The notes under the pieces: generated by a model
The model's database searches: none
Told to the model about the DNA's origin: nothing
The model's input: only the letters and a program-made list of their open reading frames with translations
Part shown: one piece after another, positions 12,981 through 26,137 of the stretch
How the letters are laid out: every line of letters begins with the position of its first letter
How positions within the stretch are numbered: the first letter of the stretch is position 1
Assembly (NCBI GenBank): GCA_951406725.2
Contig: OX597830.1
Location: forward strand, 72,788,001 to 72,852,000
Source: Octopus vulgaris
Taxonomy: Eukaryota
DNA: 64,000 bases
Reading direction: 5' to 3'
Translations under genes and position numbers: made by a program

Positions 12981-13270
12981 ATGTACATACACACACACAT
13001 AATATCATTTAATAGACACAATGCCTGTATTCATGTGCTACTAATAGTGTCATAGGCTGAAAAACACTTAAATACATTCATTAAGGTTAAATCACATATG
13101 ACGAATGAAAAATTGAATGAGAGAAGAAGCGCGCAAAGTTGAGAAGGAAGATTATAGAAAACGTGGAATATTAAAAAACGGAAAACGATAAAGTTAAATG
13201 TAAAATTGATAAAATTGGTAAAAGAGTTATCCTCCTCATTAAATTATAAGGCTGGAAAGATATCAACAAG

Positions 13271-13580
13271 TTAATCAACTATAGGCAGAATTTTCCAGTT
13301 CTTCAGAATGTATTTAGACATATCTTTACCACTGCCGAAAATTTCAGACCTAGAGTTCTGTAGTGAGTTAGGGATCTTAGATCTGAAAAGGATCTGAGGT
13401 CCTTCGATTAAACATAGTTTATATTTATTTGATGCATTAATATTAAGTGTGAATTTTTCAGTTATCTTCCATTTAATCACATGTGGTGTTGTGTATCGTC
13501 TCAGAATCACAATTTAAATCAACTTTCCTTACATTCCCACATGTTTCATCCCATATGCGACGTGCCAATGTCTTTCTAGT
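13271..13580 (-). pseudogene. Penelope-like element C-terminal (GIY-YIG-associated) relic
   Basis: IKWKITEK...ASNKYKLCLIEGPQILF...LQNSRSEIFGSGKDMSKYILKNW resembles the WKI...CxLCLxEK...LLNxRSE...CRH pattern of PLE C-termini; upstream TLARRIWD resembles TxLSxHIW. Confidence 0.6.
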
Positions 13581-14694
13581 TTCTTCTCTCATTTCTTATC
13601 TTCATTGTTTGATCAACTATTTGTTCGCTTTTAGTATCTGCTATTTTTTATCATGTTACCTCTGTAAATCGCGACTCTTTTTTTCTCTTTTCAACATTAT
13701 TTTCTAATTCAACTCCAGTATTTTCTTTTATCTAGTCCGTTTTCAGTTTAAAATTCATTTCTCCCTTTTTCGCCTCTCGTACCATCCACCATAAATATTT
13801 TTAGAGCTTTTGAAATCAATAGACTAAAGATTAAATGTGACATAAACGTTTACACACACTATATAAACACACACACACATATGTATAGAGTGTTTGGTGT
13901 GGTATATAGAAATTTAGCATTTGTACACTCACCTATTATTCATTTCTCTCTCTCTCTCTGTATATATATATATATATATATATATCACTTTACGTATTTA
14001 TTGGTTTATTTTATTCGTTTACCTGAATCATTTACACATATGCTTGTAATCAATTAATAAATGGATATAGTTGAATGTTTACTGCCTGATGTTTGTTGAT
14101 TGTTTATCCTCTCCATTTTCTTATTTACCTTATAAATCCTGGATAAATTTCTAATTAACCCCCACCTGTACACCCATACCTAGCATTCAATTGCGATATT
14201 GCCATGCAATAGTAAGCACTTGGTTATAAATACGTAAGTACGCATCATGTAGTATACTGGATGTTTAATATCCCTTGGTTTCTTAACCTGTAACTCATAC
14301 AGAGTGTGTTTCCAAACAAACACACGCACTAAGAATGACTCAGCAGGAGGTACTTGAGTGTCTACGTTGTCCGTTGGAAACTTCTCTGTTATCAGAGTAA
14401 AACCGCAAAGGAAAATCAGGTAGAGATGCATTTCTGAAGTGTATTTTACTGTATTCTTTATGTCTATATTTCCGACTTTTTGAGTTTCAAGACTCATTAG
14501 CAATTTTTGTTTCCAACTTGAACGAGGCTGAAACACCCAACGTGGGCAAAAGTTTCCTTTTATATTTTGTTGTGATGTTTTTGCTAGTGTTAAGCAGCTA
14601 AATTTTCACAAAATTTACTCGAACTGAAAGAAATGAAGTCAAGTATACATCGGATTAAACTGGTTTAAATGCATTAGATCTGAAGCAAAAAAGA

Positions 14695-14946
14695 AATGGT
14701 CGGAAATGGAACGCCTTATGTCATAAGTTTGTTTGTCTGTTTGTCCAGCTGTTCCGTCTCTTGACAACAACTGTAGGTTTGTATACGTCCTTGTAACATA
14801 GAAGTTCGGTAAAACAGACGCATTGAATAAGTACCAGGTTTTGAATAATAATTGATAGGGTGGATTCCATCGACGAAAAATTCTTCAAAGAATTTCCCCA
14901 GCATGCCTGTAGTCCAGTGTCCGAAACAAGATATAAAAGATAAAGA
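14695..14946 (+). mobile_element. Old diverged SINE-A-related copy (3' module)
   Basis: cttgacaac...acgtccttgtaacatagaagttcggtaaaa...gaataagtaccagg...ccccagcatgcctgtagtccagtgtccgaaacaag. Confidence 0.75.
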
Positions 14947-15031
14947 TTTGCATCAACTCACGCACACAAATACGCACACGCATGTGTACGTAGATAGATA
15001 CAGGTATATATATATCACATATATATACCTG

Positions 15032-15146
<115 letters not shown>

Positions 15147-15637
15147 AAGAGAGCAGAAATCACTTCTGTTGAATAAAATCTCGTATCGTTCTTAAAACTG
15201 TTGTATTTTATTTCCTATAATGATAGACGAAAAATAGGCTAATAGCGAAGTGGATACAACATGATACTCTCCAATGAAACGAGTAGCCTCAGATATCGAA
15301 TCATAGCTACGCAAGAATCCTATTTACGCACTGAGAGTGAATTCAGAACGTTAGAGATTTTCAAAAAGATACAAATTGTGTAATGTAATATAAGATTTAA
15401 CTAGTGTACGATAAACATATCCGTGTTTGTGTGTGAGGGGTGGTGGATTTATGTATAAGTGTGTGTGTGTATGCGACGTGTATGGACTCAGAGATATGAA
15501 ACATCTTATTACATAAGTATGTAAATTTATTTCGTTTCGGGCGAATTTAGTGAGATACATGAAACTTTTACTCTTTTCTAAAACACAATATATATATATA
15601 TATATATATACGTATACATACACACACACACACACAC

Positions 15638-15713
<76 letters not shown>

Positions 15714-15782
15714 AGACATAAGTTCATATGCTCAGACATGCAGGGAGTAAATATACACATTTAATTTAATTTTCAAAATCTT

Positions 15783-16162
15783 TTATTTGATATTAATTGG
15801 TTGAAGGAGAGGTTTTCTTCTAGCTGCTCGTCCATAGTACCAAAGCTTATGCAAATATGTTTCACACGTTCTTGGACTAACTTCTAGCTGATTTGCAATG
15901 TAAGAAGCCTTCGAACGGGGTTCGTTTTCCACAATTGTCTTCAAGCAGCAAAGCTTCCTTTCCCAGGGCCCAGGTCAGCCGGGACGAGAATCTGTTGAAT
16001 CTTTACCTTGGCTTTTGAATTGCATTATAATTCTATTAACAGTAGCAAGAGGAATTTGAAGATTTTCGGCAATTTTTCGCTGGCTAAGACCAGCCTTAGA
16101 TTGCCCAACAATGCGACATCTTTGAGAATCTGACAGTTCTGCTGAATTTTTTTGCCTGGCAT
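15783..16162 (-). pseudogene. Tc1-family transposase N-terminal DNA-binding region, disrupted
   Basis: Minus strand: [57 protein letters not shown]...LEVSPRTCETYLHKLWYYGRAARRKPLL. Paired-like HTH, GRPR-like linker and RKPLL motif; frameshift after the ATG and internal stop. Confidence 0.85.
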
Positions 16163-16392
16163 GGTTATTCTTTGCAGATGTTTAATATAATGGCACCTGT
16201 AAGGAAAAAGAATAATAACATTGTAAATTCTACACTGCTGAAAACATATTAAGACCCTTAGATCAGAAATTTTGAAAATTAAACGTGTCTATTTACTTCT
16301 TGCATGTCTGTGTAAATAAATATTTATATGTATATATTCGTACTTGCATGTGTATGTAGGTATGTATATATATATGATATATATATATATGA

Positions 16393-16556
16393 TAGATCGC
16401 TAGCCACTACATATTCTTTACTTTCTTGTCTTGTTTCTCTCTGTGTTACTTTCTGTGGAAGAGCGTAGGCTCGAAACGTTAAAGACTTCTTTATACTAAT
16501 ACATCTGTTTCTTGTCTACACCACCTGTCTTCGTCTTTTGCTTTTTCGTGAATTCT

Positions 16557-16560
<4 letters not shown>
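16393..16560 (+). mobile_element. Short Penelope-like terminal repeat carrying a minimal hammerhead-like motif (16449-16484)
   Basis: cttt-CTGTGGA-A-GAGC-gtag-GCTC-GAAAC-GTT-aaag; downstream cacctgtcttcgtcttttg shared with the 29097 and 46243 copies. Confidence 0.7.
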
Positions 16561-16599
<39 letters not shown>

Positions 16600-16897
16600 T
16601 GTATCTATGTATACTCACATAAATGCATAAAAGCATTAGATGAATATACATTTGTGTGCGTGTGTGTGTGTGTGTGAGCAAGCGTGCATGTCGTGTTTGT
16701 ATCTGTGTTTATTTTTTTATTTTTGCATGTATTTCGTTAAACAGTTCTGCTTTCTATCTCAATGCGTTGAGTCTCACCTGGAGTGAGTACCTTTCTGCCG
16801 ATGGAATATGTGCAGAATACTTTAAGACGCTTCTCTGTCTTTTCTTATTGAAATAATATTACTTACAATTTGTGGCCACCCACATCGATTGGTTATA

Positions 16898-17118
16898 TGG
16901 CAGAAACTTTAGCACGCCGAGCAAAATGCGTTGCCGTATTTCGTCTGCCGTTACGTTCCGAGTACAAATTCCGCCAAGGTCGACTTTGCCTTTCATCCTT
17001 CCGGGGTCGATAAATTAAGTACCAGTTAAGCACTGGGGTCGATGTAATCGACTTAATTCGTTTGTCTGTCCTTGTTTGTCTCCTCTGTGTTTAGCCCCTT
17101 GTGGGTAGTAAAGAAATA
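16898..17118 (+). mobile_element. SINE family B monomer, type-1 tail
   Basis: ttagcacgccg...gtcgactttgcctttcatccttccggggtcgataaattaagtaccag...gtttagccccttgtgggtagtaaagaaata; possible tatatgg TSD. Confidence 0.95.
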
Positions 17119-17688
17119 TATATGGTTAGTGCTGCAATATTTTGGATTAGTTCTTCGTTCTGTATTTAGATAAAATGATATGTTATTGTGATAAGCTACT
17201 GCAGTTATCCATATACAGAGAGTCGTTGTTCGTTACAAGGAAAACCAAAAACGGAAAAAAATACGCAAAACACAAACCGTTACGTGCTCAGGCGTTCTTA
17301 TTTTGACAGTGCAATAAACAAACTGCAATAATAACCTCTATTTTTATTCTAAATCTGTTGTTTTCTCCGATTTATAGAGTACGAGTTATCTGGGTATGTA
17401 TGCTTTACCATTAGCACAAATTTGGATTTTGTCAATTGCGTTTTTGCTTAATACTTTATGTCATTTGGAGATGTATTTCCTAATCGTTTATATGTGATGT
17501 GAGATCATATATAGTTCTGATCGCAGCGTGGAAGTCATACGTTAGCAACGTGTAAGCACACTGAGTCTTAGAAACACTTAGCCACCTTGTATTAGTCACG
17601 TGTTAGCAACTTAGAAACACACTGTTAATTTTGCATTTATTATTTTTCACATCGTGTCAAACTTTTCGTCGCTATACTTCCGACCTGG

Positions 17689-18103
17689 GGTGGTGAGCTG
17701 ACAGAATCGTTAGCGCGCCGGACGAAATGCGTAGCGGTATTTCGTCTGTCTTTCCGTTCTGAGTTCAAATTCCGCCGAGGTCGACTTTGCCTTTCATCCT
17801 TTCGGGGTCGATTAAATAAGTACCAGTTACGTACTGGGGTCGATATAACCGACTTAATCCGTCTGTCTGTCTTCGTTTGTCCTCTCTGTGTTTAGCCCCT
17901 TGTGGGTAGTAAAGAAATAGGTATTTCGTCTGTCTTTACGTTCTGAGTTCAAATTCCGCCGAGGTCGACTTTGCCTTTCATCCTTTCGGGGTCGATTAAA
18001 TAAGTACCAGTTACGTACTGGGGTCGATATAACCGACTTAATCCGTCTGTCTGTCTTCGTTTGTCCTCTCTGTGTTTAGCCCCTTGTGGGTAGTAAAGAA
18101 ATA
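17689..18103 (+). mobile_element. SINE family B dimer (184-bp internal unit x2) with 16-bp TSD
   Basis: TSD tatacttccgacctgg at 17673-17688 and 18104-18119; units start ggtatttcg at 17736 and 17920. Confidence 0.95.
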
Positions 18104-18389
18104 TATACTTCCGACCTGGCCAACGAAAAAGTTAAACGGCATCAAATGTTTGTTGGTCGATATATTTAGAAATTTAGTCATTTTCGTCAATTTCGTTGTT
18201 TCATCGTTGCCATTTCTGTCTACTAATGTACTAGCAAATAGGTTATTATTATATTTTGGATCATACTTGCATTTACATCATCATGCATTGTGTCATGATC
18301 TTTCGGCTTCCGATTTATCTTGAGAGTCTTTTCATTTACATGCTAATTGGACGGCATTGCTCATGATCATTATCGCACTTTTAAATCAT

Positions 18390-19325
<936 letters not shown>

Positions 19326-19333
19326 TACTACTG

Positions 19334-19407
<74 letters not shown>

Positions 19408-19839
19408 GCTACTACTTCTACTACTAGTGCTGCTAACACTACTATTTAAACAAGATTTACTGAATCAAATTTCAAACTTGGTCCAGTATAATTCTCTTAC
19501 GATCTCTTGTAATTTTATGTGTCTGCCAAACTTACTCATATTTATCTAAAAAATACTGATATAATTTTAATATGAAATTCTATTAGTATCAGTATTTTTG
19601 AGATAAATATGTATAATATTGTTTTGCTCAACGACGTGTATCTCTCCAGCCATAAACACTATTGAATTATTATATATTTGTTGACACGTGTGTTTGTATG
19701 GCTGTACACGTGTGTGTGTGTGTGTGTGTGTATGTGTGTTATGTGTTTGTCACGGGTTATTTTTTTAATATGTACATGTATGTGGATATGGATATTTATG
19801 TCATTTTGGAATATATAACACTTTTCGTTACGTGACTAG

Positions 19840-19892
19840 GTGTGTACTTACGTGCTTGTGCGTGTTTGCGTGAATGTGTGTATGTGTGTGTG

Positions 19893-19931
<39 letters not shown>

Positions 19932-20225
19932 ATGTGTGTGTGTTTGTATGTATATATATGTAGATATAAACATATACACACATATATATATGCATATATA
20001 TACATACATATATATATACATACCTACACATATATTTATATATGTATATATATGTATACATATAAGCATATATGGCCTGTATACATGTAATGCGCATGTC
20101 TTTATATGTAGACGTGTATACAGTCACATACATATGATGCATATATAGAACATTTATACACAGACACACTCATATATACATAAATATATATGTATGTATG
20201 TTTGTATGTATGTATGTATAATATG
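19840..20225. repeat. Degenerate TG/TA/CA microsatellite field
   Basis: Directly visible. Confidence 0.9.
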
Positions 20226-20754
20226 TACGTAATTACAAATGTATTACTGTTTGTGCGTGTGTCTATGCATATACATATAAACTTGTTTTACTGCGTAATT
20301 CCACAATTGTTTCGTCAACGCTTTACGACACAAGTATATCACTAGGATATTATTATATAATATAAAGTAAAAATCACAACACAAGCGATTGGCAGCATCT
20401 TTCATTGGACGCTTGAAGAAATTCCGATACCCTTTACCCAAGAAACCATTATTGGTTTTGTTGATCAAAAATGAAGAAATATTAATGACCCAAATAGCGT
20501 GTTGATCATGTCCTTAATGTTTGATTATATTGATTACATACATGCATATACGCATACATATATATACATGCATACATACACATATACATATATATATATT
20601 AATATACACATAAACATATATATATATATATTTCTTAACATACATATGTGTGTGTGTATTAACATGTATATTCCTATTTAAGTATACGTTTATATATGTG
20701 ATCATCGTAGCAAAATGCTTAATAAAGGGACTTATATATAGATATAGATGTCTT

Positions 20755-20945
20755 GAACAAATCGTTGAATCTCTTACTATCGAGTGTCCCAAATGAGCCA
20801 ACATCACAGCAGGCAACTTGAATGAGGGATTCGGCATCTACGTCCTTCATTCAATAAATGTCAACTAATATACGAGAATTAATAAATGTATAGCAATAAC
20901 AGCTGGTGGTGTCTCAGCATGACCACGGCACTCGCACTGAAGCTA
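20755..20945 (+). mobile_element. Second, more diverged 3' end of the CR1-like LINE
   Basis: KSLNLLLSSVPNEPTSQQ matches KSKLDLFLSRDPDEPTSRQ at ~12085; tail ggtggtgtctcagcatgaccacggc. Confidence 0.7.
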
Positions 20946-21119
20946 TTATTATACACACACATATATATATACACACACACACGCACACATATGTATATAT
21001 GTATACATACATGCATACATATATATACCTTACACACACACACATATATATATACATATATATACAAACATACATATGAATATTTATATACATACGTACA
21101 TATATATTTATATACATAC

Positions 21120-21155
<36 letters not shown>

Positions 21156-21196
21156 GTATGTATATAAATATATATGTTTGTATATATATGTGTATA

Positions 21197-21250
<54 letters not shown>

Positions 21251-21932
21251 CACACATATATATGTATTTACATATATATATATACATAAAACATATATAT
21301 ATATATAAATGTATGTATGTATATATGTATATATGTCTGCATGTATATATTTGTGTCTCTGCGTGTGTCCCTCCAACATCGCTTGACAACTGATGCTAGT
21401 GTGTTTACGTCCCTCTCACTTAATGCGACTATTAACTCCTGTTTCTTCAAATTGCTTTTGAATTTCAAATTGCATTTGAAAGAAGAAAATTCCTGATACA
21501 CTTCTGAAACCATTATTTATAAATGTATTAATTATGAGATTTCAATGATGGAAAGTTGCATCGATAATTTGGCGAGTCCATGCTAGCTGACGAATTCGTA
21601 GGAAATATTTCCAATATGATCGAAAACCAGGAAAAGATTTAGGTGGCTTTCATTGGTTCTTTATTCCGTCAGTATGTGTGTAGTAACGTACACACGATAG
21701 GAGACATAAAGAAACACTCAATTCAACTTGTTTTAACATAATGATTACTGTTAATTATACCTAACATTGTTCGAAAACTGTAATGTACTCAAAGGTCTGG
21801 ACATAGCAGAGCTACCGATGATTTATTGAGGTTGAGGTTGTAAATTTTTCCCATATCAAAATTCGATAAGCTTAAAAAAATCATTTTATAGTTCACAGTA
21901 AGCAGCTGGGGTTGCTCTATATACAAATAAAA

Positions 21933-22312
21933 ATCTAAATTTAGGAAACGGAATAGGTAAAATCCTGGCTACATATGTTTCCTAGCAAGCAGAATCTCAG
22001 AAGTAGTAATTACTCAACGACGAGTACTCCGATAGCTATTCATCTGGCCAAAGATATCTTAGTCAAATGAAGCTTACATTGTCATCAAGGGACCCTGTAT
22101 CAAACTGCAGGAGATTTGATCATAAAATCGAACTCCTGTGAGATAACAAGAGATCTCTTGACGACAATGTAACCTTCATTTGACTAAGGTATCTTCGGCT
22201 GATGAGTAACTAGCGGAGTGCCCCACGTTGAATAATTATTACTTCTGAGGTTCTGCTGGTTACGAAACATATCTAGCTTGGATCTTACCTATTCCATTCC
22301 CTAAATTTGGAT
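21933..22312. mobile_element. ~380-bp imperfect palindrome: inverted pair of Penelope-like terminal repeats, each arm containing a hammerhead fold
   Basis: atctaaatttagg...cttagtcaaatgaagcttacattgtcatcaag mirrors cttgacgacaatgtaaccttcatttgactaag...cctaaatttggat; hammerhead-like motifs at 21962-22055 (-) and 22191-22283 (+). Confidence 0.8.
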
Positions 22313-23301
22313 ATAACCCCCCCACACACACACAAATTCTCTTCGCGGTGGATCTACATATACATATGTGTGAGTGTGCGCGTGCGTATGTATTACTGTC
22401 AGTTTCTCTATCTTGTTATAATAGAAATTATTTAACATTAAGCAGAAGGGCTACTTAATACTGTTTGTAAAGAACATATTTATTATAGACTTACAAGAAT
22501 CGAAGTTTCGGCTTGCTAGCCTACCTCGGACTGTAGAAAGTTATCTGGCTAATGGTGTGAGAAATATACATATATATTTAATTAGTTAATTTGCAATATA
22601 AAACGTAACTTCTGTTAAACAACATATTTTTGTTGCCAATCTTTTTCATTCTTGGCAGAACAACGAGTCTACATAGTTACCATTTCTTTTGTATATTGAT
22701 GTATTCATTCATAAGAAAAACTTGGTAATATTTAACAATGAGATCCATTGTTTGTAGGCATTATTTATTTTCTCTTTCTTTAGATAAGTCTTAAACTGTA
22801 AAGACCAAGTTTTTATTTAAATTTGAAAACGTATAGCTGTCCTTCTTTTCTTTCACTAGAACCTAACAATGCTTTTTGGCTTGCCAACGTTTCCTCTATT
22901 GCTACAATCCTACGTGTGCCAACGTCTTGTTTATACAGGATGCTTTCCTATCTACTATCTTTCTTAATGATCTATCCATAATTTTTCCGGCACACATGCA
23001 CCCACACGTATACATATATATCTGCATTTATGTATCCTTGCATTTTTATCAAGGAATCTATCTGTCCACCTACAGAGATAAATGAACATATTAATATGAA
23101 AAAAATCTATAATCGGTTCAAAATTGTCCTTCCCAAATTTGAATAGATATTTTAATGGCATTTCAAAGGATAATAGCAATTTTTTCCACAATAACTGATA
23201 CTTATTTTATCTGCTCCGAATGAATGAAAATCAAAGTTGGCCTCTGCGGTATTTGGACTCAGAACGTAAAGCAGGAAGAAATGCCGAGAAGTATGTTGTT
23301 C

Positions 23302-23357
<56 letters not shown>

Positions 23358-23361
23358 TAAT

Positions 23362-23879
23362 AGTGGCTTTCATGGCTTGCGATCTTAACTGATTGGAAGT
23401 GTCATTATGTACATTGTTTTGTCTTGGTATAAAAGATGGGCTACAGCAAATATTCTGCTCAATACCACAGATTTGCTTGTCAGTTGTTCGACCTTAACCA
23501 GTTGGCCATGTCCCTTAGTGACTGACGATATGTGCATCTCTGACCACGAGCAAAAATAGTGGGGAGCATCATAGCCGTTTGTTAGAGGTTTGGATAATTC
23601 ACCTTTGGAAACATGGGTGTTTTGTTCAACATACTTAAACAACCCTTATTCAGGGACCTTTTGAGCGGGATGGGTTACCCGACCAGAAGAAATTCTAACT
23701 GGGCCCCACCTGCAAGGTCATGGGCTGTTTATCTTGATATGAGATCAGCATGTCACGCACATATGGTTGTGATGCATGTGCCTGGTGTACCCTTATCAGA
23801 CGGGTAGTCATGATGGGCATACTGGGCTTCGTATATTTACCCCAGCGTCACTTTGATGGCATGCACTGCTCTCTCACAC
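23362..23879 (+). mobile_element. ~520-bp interspersed repeat (family D) with (AAT)n tail, embedded in (AAT)n
   Basis: Closely similar inverted copy at 26138-26685; ends gcactgctctctcacac-aataataa; (AAT)n on both flanks. Confidence 0.9.
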
Positions 23880-23945
23880 AATAATAAAAATAATAAAAAT
23901 AATAATAATAATGTTAATAATAATGATAATAATAATAATAATAGC

Positions 23946-24042
<97 letters not shown>

Positions 24043-25449
24043 TAATAGTAATAATTTCTACTATTGGCGCAAGACAAGGGATTTGGTGGGCGGTAGCTAG
24101 TCAACAACATCTATTCTAGTGCTACACTTACCTCATCGACCACGAAAGTATGAAGGGCAAAATCGACCTCTGCTGTATTTAAACTTAGAACATGAAGCTG
24201 GAAATCACGCCACGCATCATTTTGACAAACTATTATCATCTTGACAAAATAAAACACTGTTTTACGTACGTTTACTACTTAACAAATTATTGGAAATGCA
24301 ATATGTTTAATTGACGCAAACATAAACGAAAACAGATCTTTGATGAATTTATTTCCCTTAAAATACTTAAATCATCTTTTTGTTTTTCTCTTCTTTTCAT
24401 GCAACTTGCTTGCAGCAGAGAAAACCAGCGTCCCGCTTTTTTCTGTTTCGTGAAATATTAGAATCGATATTTATTATTAATTTCTTGAATATTTCTAATT
24501 TCGAAACATCGTATAATAATTCTTATGCTGAAATTTCCCTTATTTGTGGTTTATGTTCCTTGTCTTAATTGTTCTCTTCTTCATATGCAAATTCAAATTA
24601 ACAAAATTATTGTTGATTCAAATTAACAAAACCCACGGTTAATGATTCTGATGTCTTTAAAGTGAATCACAAATATCTGACGTATTGTCAATCACACTGA
24701 AGCAAGTTTGTCTTCCAATGTTAACAATTTCTTCTTGGACAATAGAAATGAGAGCAATATCTTTAGCTTGATTATGGGGGAAATATTTCCAAATGGCACC
24801 TAATGTCAATTTTTAAAAACATTATTTACATTAAATTGTTTTCAAAGCTTTTCCTGTAAAATATATTTTCTCTTGCTTTAACATTTATTGCGTATGCAAA
24901 GATTCTGTTTGAAAAAAAAAAAGCTCTAATAGCAATGCCCGTCTGGGATCTAAATTTATAACATGTCCGAAAGAAATATGACTTACATGTTTTCTATGTA
25001 GTTGATTTTACAGACCAAGCGAAAATATGTTGAAAGCCATTTTATTCATTCACGTTTTTCTTGTTAAGAGGCCAAAGTTTTATTATTCATTACACTTATT
25101 TTCATCACGTGCTTTCACTGCACTACCGAGCGGAGCTCTGTATGCCATGGGTATGTGCTGTGTTTTTTTTTATGCGGTGATCTTAACCCTAATGCATTAA
25201 AAGTGTTTTATGTAGGATGGGAGAGATGCCTAGTAGTGTTATTTTCTGTATGTTATATATACTTGTTAGTCCTGGTGTTTTTGTTATGTATTTTTCTGAA
25301 TATTTTTTTATCATAACCAATGAACTTATGATAGGAATTGTTTCTGTTTTAGACTCCACAATTGCGTTACCTCTGTTTCGAGATCTTTGTATTTTGAAAG
25401 TTTCTCTATTATTATCATTATTATTATTATTATTATTATTATAGTATTA

Positions 25450-25520
<71 letters not shown>

Positions 25521-25524
25521 TTAA

Positions 25525-25571
<47 letters not shown>

Positions 25572-25574
25572 TTC

Positions 25575-26100
25575 GACATAAACCCATGGATCTGGCTATC
25601 AGCTGAATCCATTGTGAAGATTGTTCCACCGCCCTCTTTTGACCGAGAGGGGCATGCAATTTTTATTTGTCTAGTTGCTGTAGCAAAAGAAGTAGTATGG
25701 TCTTGAAAGGGCTAAAGACAGATACTTTCCTCTTTGGCCAACCCCTCATCAACTTTTTCAAGTTTCACTTGAAAAGGAAGTTGAGGGTGTAGGGGGAAGT
25801 GTTGCCTTGTAGCAAGTTTGTTGAAAGGTGCGTGAATGTTGGAAGAATGGTCAATGTGAAAGGACCAAATCTGAGCCCACATCTCTGAGAAATAAAAGAA
25901 GGGATCTTGCCCTGTTGATCAGGCACTTGTGGCTTTTGTGGGGTTTTCCACAAGGACCTTAAATCGCTTCCCCTACTGGGAGTTTTAATTTGTTTAATTT
26001 GTTACTGTTATAAAAATTGATTACACGCTGTAAAACCCATTGTATTTTTATGTTGTTGCATGTCATTTAATGTTGTTTAATGTGAGACTTAGTGGCTAAT
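25575..26100 (+). mobile_element. Tx1/L1-like LINE ORF2 C-terminus and 3' UTR, decayed
   Basis: Translates IWLSAESIVKIVPPPSFDREGHAIFICLVAVAKEVVWS*KGLKTDTFLFGQPLINFFKFHLKRKLRV; the AKxxVW pattern recalls L1/Tx1 C-termini; family call from recall only. Confidence 0.55.
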
Positions 26101-26106
26101 ATAAGA

Positions 26107-26137
<31 letters not shown>

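Noticed and set aside
14180-14536. 118-aa minus-strand ORF
   Set aside because: No homology recognisable; atypical start; plausible by chance
17689-18103. Regularly spaced repeats here and at 10458, 51078 and 63561 as possible CRISPR-like arrays
   Set aside because: The units repeat in full with no unique spacers; eukaryotic context; no cas-like ORFs
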